A stretch of DNA of 64,000 nucleotides from Candidatus Latescibacterota bacterium (GTDB lineage: Bacteria; Latescibacterota; UBA2968; GCA-2709665): assembly GCA_965237675.1 (NCBI GenBank), contig OZ250150.1, positions 3,904,001 to 3,968,000 on the forward strand, in the 5' to 3' direction. The translations under genes and the position numbers were made by a program. Of this stretch, positions 10,030 to 18,748 are shown in pieces; position 1 is the first letter of the stretch, and every line of letters starts with the position of its first letter. The notes beneath the pieces were generated by a model. The model ran no database searches and had not been told where the DNA came from. It saw nothing but the letters and a program-made list of their open reading frames with translations.

Positions 10030-10474
10030 TCAGGCGTGGCGTCGTTCGTATAGGGCCTCCATCAGCCGGTCGACGTGGTCAAATCCGTTGCAAATGTGGG
10101 TAGAGACCCGTATCCAGTGGGCGTCGTCGGTTCTTTCCGTTGGCACGGTGATCCGATACTGTTTATATAGGTCGAGGTTTTCGAATCCCCTTACGTAGAA
10201 TGCCGAAATTGAACCGGACATGTCGGCCTTGGAGGGTGTGAGCAGGTCTGCCCACCCGGTTGCCGCCCGAGTGCTTCGCTCGATTCCGGATCGGGCTGCG
10301 CTCGACATCCTTCAGAATCGCAGTCATTTTCTTAAAGACCCGCCTGGGCTGCGCGCCTACGGACCCGGTGTTGAGGTAGATCTCATCGTCGGCGATCATA
10401 TATTCTTTGCGAATCGTCTGCCAATAGGCTTCCTCCGCTGTCGAAGTCGGCCAGCACGGGTCTGGAAGGGTCAT
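10030..10474 (-). pseudogene. Class V aminotransferase (isopenicillin-N-epimerase/cysteine-desulfurase-like) with a large internal deletion
   Basis: RBS AGGAGG plus ATG 10474. N-terminal EEAYWQTIRKEY...IYLNTGSVGAQPRRV is joined out of frame near 10260 to C-terminal LLTPS..MSGSISAF...WIRVSTHICN..DHVDRLMEAL. The PLP-binding core is absent. Confidence 0.8.
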
Positions 10475-10685
10475 CGATACCTCCTGAAACGATGGCGAAT
10501 GGAAATGAGCGGCCCCCGCCATGGCCACTCCAGGCAGCGATGTAATGTGGCGGACGGGTTGACGCACCATTGTAATTTCAGGACCACGTATTTTCAAGTC
10601 TTTTGTGAGTGAAACGGCGACGCTCCGACGGAATACAGGACGCAAAGCCGGTTCGTGCTGTGTACCTTGAGTGCGCATCCGTGTC

Positions 10686-10714
10686 TTGACGGTCAAATAC
10701 CTCCAGGATAAATT
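10686..10714 (+). promoter_or_regulatory. Sigma70-type promoter for the ankyrin gene
   Basis: TTGACG (10686-10691), 17 nt, TAAATT (10709-10714). The -35 lies within the palindrome TTGAC-G-GTCAA. Confidence 0.6.
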
Positions 10715-10843
10715 GAAACCGGTGAGACGAACGGCAGCACCCGAACGTGGTGAGGGGTGGACACACCATGGTTTCATGCCGTCCGTAGGGCATTCGTTCC
10801 GTTGGTCGGTGCGGAAATTCGGCCCCGGCGAGAGGAGGTTGTG

Positions 10844-12061
10844 GTGTCGAAACGTCTATCGATGAACCTTACTATGAGTCAACTCCACAGGCAGGCACGA
10901 CAGCTTCTGGATGAGATCAGAATTGGAGATCCGTCCGCGTGCAGGCGGATCGATCTCCATCCCGCCTATCTCTTCAAGAATCTGAGTTCGAGGGAGGTCA
11001 AAGGCCTCGAGTTTACGTTGAGGGATGCCCAGCTTATCGTTGTGCGCGAATACAGGCACAAGACCTGGACTGACCTCACGGAGACCGTGCGAAGGATCCA
11101 ACGATTGGGAACGACGCCTGTGCAGCAGGCGATTCAGGAGGATCGAATGGATGAACTCAGGAGATTGCTCGACGACGACGGACACCTGGTTCACGAGCCC
11201 GTCGAATGGCTCACGCGGTGGAACCGGATTCAGACCGGTTCACTGCTTTCGTTTACACGCGAAAACGGAACGATCGCGTCGATGCAGGCAGTGGTTAAAG
11301 CCGGCGCGGATCCCGCCGAGCTACAGGCCCAGTTCTTCGGACTCTGTGAGAATCTAAACCTGGACGGAATGCGGCGCATGGTTGCTATTGGCCTGGATCC
11401 AATGCGGGCTGTCAACGGCGGATGGAACTGTGATGTGCTCCACGGATGTCTTCAGACGTACACCCGAAAATCCGCCGAACATCTGCACGCCTGCATCAAT
11501 CTATTGATCGACGCCGGAGCGCAATACGAGGATGGGGCGTTATGGGATCTCTTCAAGGGCGACAGAGACCGGCTTGAACGGAGGTTGCTGGAAAGCAAGG
11601 GCCTGGTGGAGGAGAGACTCGATTTTGACTATGGAAACCACCTGTCTCTCAGAGGTTCAACGTTACTACACCTGGCCGCAGAATACAATTTGTTCTGGGC
11701 CGTAGATCTCCTCCTGGAACATGGCGCAAATCTCAATGCCCGCGTCGACGTTGGTGTAGACGGCGTGGGTGGGCAGACCCCCATTTACCATACGATCGCT
11801 TCCAACGGGGGAGCATGTTTCTCAATGTTCGAATATCTCTTGAGCAAGGATCCCGACCTTAACGTCAGGGCCTTCATTCAGGAGGACTCCGCCAAAGGCG
11901 GCGCGGTGACCCACACGCTCAGGAGCGGCGTGGTCCCGGTGTACGAGGGAATCAGGGAAGTCACGCCGCTTGGGTATGCGCTGTGGTACGAGACGGAGCC
12001 GACCTACAGAAACGCAGGGCGAGAAGCAAAATTGCTCAGAAATATCGGAGCGCCCGGGTGA
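10844..12061 (+). CDS. Ankyrin-repeat protein with an N-terminal 'QL..QA..LL...L.DAQL...REY...W' helical domain
   Basis: RBS AGGAGG plus GTG. Ankyrin motifs GSTLLHLAAEYN...LLLEHGANLNAR, GQTPIYH, TPLGYA. Confidence 0.85.
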   Translation: MSKRLSMNLTMSQLHRQARQLLDEIRIGDPSACRRIDLHPAYLFKNLSSREVKGLEFTLRDAQLIVVREYRHKTWTDLTETVRRIQRLGTTPVQQAIQEDRMDELRRLLDDDGHLVHEPVEWLTRWNRIQTGSLLSFTRENGTIASMQAVVKAGADPAELQAQFFGLCENLNLDGMRRMVAIGLDPMRAVNGGWNCDVLHGCLQTYTRKSAEHLHACINLLIDAGAQYEDGALWDLFKGDRDRLERRLLESKGLVEERLDFDYGNHLSLRGSTLLHLAAEYNLFWAVDLLLEHGANLNARVDVGVDGVGGQTPIYHTIASNGGACFSMFEYLLSKDPDLNVRAFIQEDSAKGGAVTHTLRSGVVPVYEGIREVTPLGYALWYETEPTYRNAGREAKLLRNIGAPG

Positions 12062-12441
12062 ATGCCGGCTGTCGAATCGACCCGTCAGCGCCATTGCCTG
12101 CGCCGATAGGTTCGGCGAGCAAACCCTTGCGTGAACCGAGAGTTTTCATCTTGTGGATCGATTGTTCGAATGTACGATCAAGGCAGGCAACAACGGCGCC
12201 AGACTGACGCGTTACATGAGCCTGATCTTGAATTGAAACCGTCAAGAATCCTGTCCGTGGAACGGTGAGCGGCCTGTCTTCCGTCCAACCCATTCACGAT
12301 GCCACTTTCTATCACTGTGTCGAGCTATCCACGGCTTTCGGTGAGTCGATGAAAGACCGCTTCGACTCTTCCGTACCGCACTGCAGAATCACCGTGGTAT
12401 TGCACGCCCGCGCACGGGGATTCTTCTGTAACCACCTTGGC

Positions 12442-12470
12442 TTGACAGGGTGATTTATCTTGTCTATATT
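12442..12470 (+). promoter_or_regulatory. Sigma70-type promoter of the formate dehydrogenase operon
   Basis: TTGACA (12442-12447), 17 nt, TATATT (12465-12470), about 250 nt upstream of ATG 12721. Confidence 0.7.
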
Positions 12471-12720
12471 AGACTGAATATAAGTGGGTGACCTGCCTAC
12501 CTGAACAGGGGTTTGCCGACATGCTGTCAAATAAAATGACTTTCCTTATTGTCTGCGCTTGCCGGCGAATTTCGTACGCCCGGGTGCGGGCGGCCGTTCT
12601 TCAGGCAACCCTGAACGCCTTCGGAAGCACGTGAACGAGAGCATCGGTGTGATCCTGGCGCACCCAGCCGGACCGGTTTGCGGTTAATTTCAGATCCAGG
12701 CACGTGGATGGGAGTGTGCA

Positions 12721-14382
12721 ATGGCGAGCCATTCGGACGCTGAACTGGTTCGGCGCTGGAAAGACGAGCCCGCGCCGCTGTTGCCGTTGTTGCACGCGTT
12801 CCACGATCGGGATGGATATGTTTCAGATGAGGGTATACGGTCCATCTCTGCCGGGCTGAAAACGCCACTGGCAGATCTGTTTGGCACAGTAAGTTTCTAC
12901 CATCACTTTTCCCGCAAGCCGGGCGGATTGGATAAACCCCGGGTGTGCACAGGGCCTGTGTGTTGTCTACGGCGCGCGCAGGAAATGTGCGATGCCCTGG
13001 ACGGTGCCCCCATGGCCTGCGCGGGGAGATGTGACGATCCGGTGCCGGTGATTCAGAACCACCGCGTCCTCGTGGGAACCGATGCGCGGAGCCTTGCGGA
13101 AGGCCCTTCACCACTGCCCGCGCAAAATCCAGGAAACCTGGAAGAATGTGTGTTTCGCCACATTCGCGCGCCAAAGCGCGCGAATGTGGAAGGATATCGC
13201 GCAACCGGCGGGTACGACGCGTTGGAAAGAGCGGTAAAGGAAATGCAGCCCCTGGATGTTGTGGAACGGGTTACAAAAAGCGGACTGGCCGGCCGCGGTG
13301 GGGCCGGTTTTCCCACTGGTGCGAAGTGGAAGGCGGTGGCTGAGGCCACGGGGGATCCGAAAACGGTTATCTGCAACGCCGATGAGGGCGAGCCGGGTTG
13401 TTTCAAGGATCGAGCCCTGCTGGACTACGATCCGCACGCGGTGCTGGAGGGTATGGCCATCGCGGCGTTCGCATCGGGCGCCACACGCGGGTTTATCTAT
13501 CTTCGATACGAATATCCACAGACGGTAGGCATTCTGGCAAGCGCCATTGTCGAGGCGGAGGAGGCCGGGCTGCTTGGCAACGGCATTCTGGGGACGGACT
13601 TCAACTTTAACGTTCATGTTCGAAGGGGTGCCGGGGCATATGTATGCGGGGAAGAGGGATCGTTGCTGAACAGCCTGGAGGGCAAACATCCGTTTCCGAG
13701 AAATCGCCCGCCGTTTCCCGTGACCCACGGCTTTGAGGACCTGCCGACTGCGGTGAACAACGTCGAAACGCTGGTTGCCGTGCCACAGATCCTTCGAAAG
13801 GGCGCAGATTGGTACCGGGGTCTCGGGTTGAATGGTCAGCCTGGAACCAAGGTTATCAGTCTCTCGGGCGATATCGCAAACCCAGGTAATTACGAGGTGC
13901 CGTTCGGGTTGCCCCTGAAGACACTCCTTTACGATTGGGGCGGTGGCCCGCCTGAAGGCCGAAACATCCAGGCGGTGACAATGGCCGGGCTCTCCGGCGG
14001 TTTTGTGGCGGGCGAAGCACTGGAGGCCACCCTGGACGAACCCAGCCTCCGTGGCTACGGGTCATTTCTGGGTGCCGGGGGCATCATCGTATTTGACGGC
14101 AGCCGGGATATGGTTGCGGTTGCACACGGAGCGATGGCCTTTTTTGCAGACGAGTCCTGCGGCAAGTGTTTTCCGTGCCGAATCGGAACGCGCCGGTTGA
14201 CCGAGCGGTTGAATAAGGATGCGGGACCTGAACGGCTCGAGACGTGGTGGGCGGAGGTCCACGATATCGGCCACACAATGATGGCCACCAGCGCCTGCGG
14301 CCTGGGCACGGCGGCGCCGCTGGTAACCGAAAGCCTGATGAAGTATTTTCCGAATCAGGTTGAAGGGTTTGTTGAGAGTTAA
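12721..14382 (+). CDS. Fused NuoE-like/NuoF-like diaphorase subunit of NAD-dependent formate dehydrogenase (FdsG+FdsB-like)
   Basis: NuoE-like LLPLLHAFHDRDGYV...VSFYHHF...VCTGPVC...CAGRCD; NuoF motifs SGLAGRGGAGFPTG.KW, CNADEGEPG, GAGAYVCGEE, ESCGKCFPCRIG, SACGLG. Confidence 0.9.
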   Translation: MASHSDAELVRRWKDEPAPLLPLLHAFHDRDGYVSDEGIRSISAGLKTPLADLFGTVSFYHHFSRKPGGLDKPRVCTGPVCCLRRAQEMCDALDGAPMACAGRCDDPVPVIQNHRVLVGTDARSLAEGPSPLPAQNPGNLEECVFRHIRAPKRANVEGYRATGGYDALERAVKEMQPLDVVERVTKSGLAGRGGAGFPTGAKWKAVAEATGDPKTVICNADEGEPGCFKDRALLDYDPHAVLEGMAIAAFASGATRGFIYLRYEYPQTVGILASAIVEAEEAGLLGNGILGTDFNFNVHVRRGAGAYVCGEEGSLLNSLEGKHPFPRNRPPFPVTHGFEDLPTAVNNVETLVAVPQILRKGADWYRGLGLNGQPGTKVISLSGDIANPGNYEVPFGLPLKTLLYDWGGGPPEGRNIQAVTMAGLSGGFVAGEALEATLDEPSLRGYGSFLGAGGIIVFDGSRDMVAVAHGAMAFFADESCGKCFPCRIGTRRLTERLNKDAGPERLETWWAEVHDIGHTMMATSACGLGTAAPLVTESLMKYFPNQVEGFVES

Positions 14383-14436
14383 TCGTTCCCACCGATTTGC
14401 GTTCATTCCGTTGCCCATATCCAGGAGGCGGATGCA

Positions 14437-17163
14437 ATGGTCACAAATGAAACGAAGGCCAACACCCCGACGATGATGCTGGACGACGAGACCGTCAACT
14501 TTTCTGAGGGGGAGACCGTCTACGACGTGGCACAAAGACACCTGAAACACGTGCCGACGCTATGTTACGACCCACGGCTGAAGCCCTTGGGAGCTTGCCG
14601 CCTCTGCGTGGTGGAGCTGCAGGGTGCCCGGACGCCCGTGGCTTCGTGTACCACGCCGGCGACGCCGGGGATGGTGGTGCATACGGCTACGGATCGGATA
14701 CTGAGCCATCGGAAGGTCCTGCTGGAGATGGTGGCATCTGAAAACCCCGAGATTGATGTGGACCCCCTTAGTGGATATGCGTCACAGGAACTGGCCACAT
14801 TGGTGGATCTATACGATGCGCGGACGGACCGGTTTGCGGGGGTGCGTTCCGGACGCAGCAAGGAGGATGACGAGAATCCGTTTCTGCTGCGTGACTACGA
14901 CAAGTGTATCTCCTGCTACCGATGCGTCAGGGTGTGCGCGGAACAGGAGGGTGACGACGCGATAAGCGTGATGAACCGCGGCTTCGAGACGCAGATTGTT
15001 ACCGAGTTCGATGGCTTGCTGGAGGATTCTTCCTGTACGTTCTGCGGGCAGTGCATTCAAACCTGCCCCACGGGTGCGCTTGCTGACAAGAAGGCGTTGC
15101 GGGCAGTGGAGATTCACGGCGAAATCCAGAAAACGCGTTCGATCTGCCCTTATTGCGGGGTAGGATGCTCGGTGGATGTAATGACCAAAGGCGAGAAAAT
15201 TGTGGGCATCCAACCCGCGATGGATGGCCCGGCGAACCTGGGTGCGCTGTGCGTAAAAGGGCAGTTTGCGTTCGACTTCGTGCACCATGGTGACCGTCTG
15301 AAGATGCCGCTGGTGCGCGGGGGCGACGGCAGACTGCACGAAGCGAGCTGGGAGGAGGCGTTGGATCGGGCGGCGCGGGGTTTCATGGCTGCGCGGGCAA
15401 CACACGGAAGGCACAGTGTGTACGGTGTGGCTTCGGGTCGTGCGCCGACCGAGGCATCCTACCTGATGGGCAAGTTCATTCGTGCAGGATTCGGTACCAA
15501 TTATATAGACAACTGCAGCCGTGCGTGACACGCTCCAACGGTTGCCGGTCTGGCAGCCACGATCGGATGGGGCGCGATGTCGAATCCGCTGGTGGATATG
15601 GAGAAACCCGATGTGTTCTTTTGCATCGGAACGAATATGACCGAGTGCCACCCGGTGGCGGCCACCCGCCTGAAGAAAGCGACGCGGCGCGGGGCAAAAC
15701 TCATTGTCGCGGATCCTCGCAGCATTCCGTTGGCGAAGATGGCGGATCTGCATCTACCGTTGCGAGTGGGGTCGGACGTGGCCCTGTTGCTGGCGATGGC
15801 GCACGTCATCTCAAGGGAAGGGCTGGTCGACAAGGACTTCGTCAATAACAGAACCGTCAAGGCAAAGGACTTCCTCGAACATATAAAAGCGTATCCGCCG
15901 GAGTGGGCTGAACCGATTACCGAGGTCCCGGCGGCGGATATCGAACGGGCTGCGATGTGGTACGGCAGTGCGGATCGGGGAGCGATATACTATACACTGG
16001 GGATTACGGAACATATCTGCGGCGTTGAAAATGTACAAAGCCTGTGCAATCTCGCCCTGATGACGGGGAACGTAGGCCGCGAGGGTACCGGCATCAATCC
16101 GATGCGGGGCCAGAACAACATCCAGGGGGCCGGAGATTCCGGTGCGATTCCCGACAAATTCCCCGGGTTCCAGCCGTGCGAGGATCCTGAGAACACCCGG
16201 AAATTTTCAAGTCTGTATGGCCGCCAGATAGATGCTGCTAAGGGTATAACCAAAGTGGCGGCCCTGAACCTCTGTGGCGACCGGGTTCGCGCAATGCTGA
16301 TCGACGGGGAAAATACGGTCGTATCCGATCCGGACAGGACACACTGCCAACGCGCATTGGAGAGCCTGGACCATCTGGTCGTGATTGATATCTTCTTAAC
16401 CGATACGGCTGAACTCGCGGACGTTGTGCTGCCCGCCACGGCCTGGGGCGAGACGGATGGAACGTGCACCAATACGGAGCGGCGGGTACAGCGCCTGCGA
16501 GCGGCGGTGCCGCCTCCCGGAATGGCTCGGCCGGATTGGTGGATCGTCAGCGCAATCGCAAAGCAGATGGACACGCCGGGATTCGAATTCGAGTCAGCGA
16601 AAGACGTATTTAACGAGTTGTGCAGCGTGTCGACCATATACGCCGGGCTGGATTGGGATCGTATCGAACACGGCCAGTACCAGTGGCCAGTCCCGAATCA
16701 GGAACATTCCGGCACGCCCATGTTGCACCAGGACGAGTTCAGGAATGGAAGGGGAATTTTCACGAACACCCACTATCGCGATCCGGCCGAGACGGTGAGT
16801 GACGCTTTCCCGGTCTGGCTGACAACAGGGCGTAGATTGCAGGCCTACCATACCCGGACTCAGACGGGACGCTCGGAAGGGATCGACTATTTTCTCTCTG
16901 AGGAGACCCTGGAGGTGCATCCATCGGACGTAGCGGCCTGGGATCTCGAGGACGGCGGCTGGTGCCGGATGTCGAGCGCGCGAGGTTCGATTCGAATCAA
17001 GGTGAAGGCAACACGGCAGTCTCCCCGCGGCACGGTGTTCGCCAGCTTCGGTTTCAGCGATACGCCGGTGAATGTCTTGACCGGCTCCGGCTACGATCCA
17101 GTGACCGACACGGCCGAATTGAAGGTCTGTCCGGTTCGTATTGAAGCGGCTGTTAGAGAATGA
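14437..17163 (+). CDS. fdhF: Formate dehydrogenase alpha subunit, selenocysteine-containing (908 aa with UGA 15526-15528 read as Sec)
   Basis: ORFs 14437-15528 and 15577-17163 are in frame and join as DNCSRA-U-HAPTVAGL at the Mo/W ligand position. N-terminal 2Fe-2S and 4Fe-4S motifs, CPYCGVGC, RGQNN.QGA, C-terminal LTTGR and ELKVCPV. Confidence 0.93.
15526..15558 (+). promoter_or_regulatory. Sec codon and bacterial SECIS element
   Basis: TGA, 11-nt spacer, then hairpin GGTTGCC-GGTCT-GGCAGCC (15540-15558). This resembles the E. coli fdhF SECIS (GGUUGCAGGUCUGCACC). Confidence 0.9.
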
Positions 17164-17184
17164 CATATACCCCAAGGGGTAAAA

Positions 17185-18015
17185 TTGAATTCAGGCATCA
17201 CACAGCGAATCGTGTCGCGGGTGAATCACGGCGGTAAGGTGCGTTCGATTCAGGATGATATCGCAGTTGAAGAGCCTCTGGAAATCCGCGTGGCGGGGGA
17301 TCCCGTGGCTGTCACGATGCGTTCGCCGGGAGAGGACGCCCGGCTCGCCGTCGGGTTTCTGCATTCAGAAGGAATAATCGCCTCGATCGAGGACGTGGGC
17401 AGGGTCTATCACTGTGGAAGGCCCGGGACCGAAACGTATGGGAATGCGATCGACGTGCTGCCCGCGCCCGGCCATAGTCTGGATATCGAGCGAGTCAACG
17501 CGAGCCGGCGCGGCACATTGACGACGTCGGCGTGTGGCGTCTGTGGTCGACAGGACGTTGCCGATCTGGTGGCACGTTGTCCTGTATTACCGCCTGGACC
17601 GAAGATACCGGCAAATTTGCTGTTTGAAACGATAGAACAAATGACACGCATTCAGCCTACGTTCATCCACACCGGCGGCGTGCACGCAGCGGCTGCGTTC
17701 GGTCCGGAAGGCCGCGCGCTTGTCTGCTGTGAAGACGTGGGCCGACACAATGCCGTGGACAAGACCGTCGGCGCCCTGCTTTTCGACCGATCGGTGGGAA
17801 CGCCCGAGGGAGCCACTTTACTTGCCGTGAGCGGCAGGGCGAGTTTTGAAATCATCCAGAAAGCGGCAGTCGCACAAATTCCTTTTGTCGTAAGCGTCTC
17901 CGCCGCCAGTTCGCTCGCGGTCGATCTCGCAACCGATGTCGGTATTACGCTGGCGGGATTCGTTCGCCGAAAGGGATTCAATCTGTACGCGCACCCGGAA
18001 CGGATCGTGCATTAA
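17185..18015 (+). CDS. fdhD: Formate dehydrogenase accessory sulfurtransferase FdhD
   Basis: AVEEPLEI, TMRSPG.D..LAVGFL.SEG, SACGVCG, TGGVHAAA, EDVGRHNAVDK, SGRASFE..QKA. Confidence 0.95.
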   Translation: MNSGITQRIVSRVNHGGKVRSIQDDIAVEEPLEIRVAGDPVAVTMRSPGEDARLAVGFLHSEGIIASIEDVGRVYHCGRPGTETYGNAIDVLPAPGHSLDIERVNASRRGTLTTSACGVCGRQDVADLVARCPVLPPGPKIPANLLFETIEQMTRIQPTFIHTGGVHAAAAFGPEGRALVCCEDVGRHNAVDKTVGALLFDRSVGTPEGATLLAVSGRASFEIIQKAAVAQIPFVVSVSAASSLAVDLATDVGITLAGFVRRKGFNLYAHPERIVH

Positions 18016-18025
18016 GGAGTGGAAG

Positions 18026-18253
18026 ATGCCTATTTTTGAGTTTATCTGTTGCAATTGTCGTCAACCCTTCGAAACGTTGGTTCAGGGCTCGCAGAAACCG
18101 CGTTGCCCGTCCTGTGGTAGCAGCGAGCTTGAAAAACAACTTTCGGTATTTGCCGTAAGCGGCGGCAGCGGTGATAGTTCAGCACGCGAACCATCGGGAC
18201 CGTGCGGCACCTGTGGAGACCCGAGAGGCCCTGGGGCCTGTTCACTGAACTAG
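18026..18253 (+). CDS. FmdB-family zinc-ribbon protein
   Basis: RBS AAGGAG; MPIFEFICCNC..PFE.L...CPSCGS..LEKQLS.F with a Cys-rich tail. Confidence 0.88.
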   Translation: MPIFEFICCNCRQPFETLVQGSQKPRCPSCGSSELEKQLSVFAVSGGSGDSSAREPSGPCGTCGDPRGPGACSLN

Positions 18254-18258
18254 ACTCT

Positions 18259-18292
18259 GGACCCCGGTTGAAAATGCCGGGGTTCTTTTTTT
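18259..18292 (+). terminator. Intrinsic terminator of the FDH operon
   Basis: GGACCCCGG-TTGAAAATG-CCGGGGTTC followed by TTTTTTT. Confidence 0.85.
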
Positions 18293-18748
18293 GATGACAT
18301 TTTAATTATTGAACAAGTTTTCATATTTATGTTGCAGCCCTACAAATCACCTGCGACGTTAAGAATTGCGTTTGTGAAAACTGCCATTTCGTTCTATCTT
18401 TGGCGCAGTTGTCTCGTCTTTTCGTCATCTCCGGCGCTAGTGTTCTGTACCGTAAATAGATTGCCGAAATTCGGCCGGCGAGTCGCCCGGTTCGCAAGGG
18501 GCCCGCGACCTGCGAAAGGTCGGCGAGTTCGTTGCGACAGGGCTCAACGCAGGCAACGACCGCAACGCAGCGAGAGGGGATGAACCGGCCTGCCTGTGCG
18601 GAAAATCTGCACGCAGACAGGCGAACGAATGGTGACACAGTTCCGGGACAGGACTAGAGTACACGCGCGGATCCAATCCAAATAGTATTGGCCCGACTGG
18701 AACCCCCGAAGTTTGGCTTGGCGGCTGATCGGTGGGGGAGTTTTCGAC

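Noticed and set aside
10638-10649. GGACGCAAAGCC resembling the c-di-GMP-I riboswitch core
   Set aside because: The upstream GGCAAAC/GAAA-tetraloop stem and downstream P2 features are missing, and it lies upstream of the predicted promoter.
12477-12720. Moco/Wco riboswitch in the FDH leader
   Set aside because: Hairpins exist (CGCCCG/CGGGCG, TTCAGG/CCTGAA), but I could not match the motif consensus. An Rfam scan is needed.
14437-17163. FDH alpha as two genes or a nonsense pseudogene
   Set aside because: The stop is an in-frame UGA at the Sec/Cys ligand position with a canonical SECIS.
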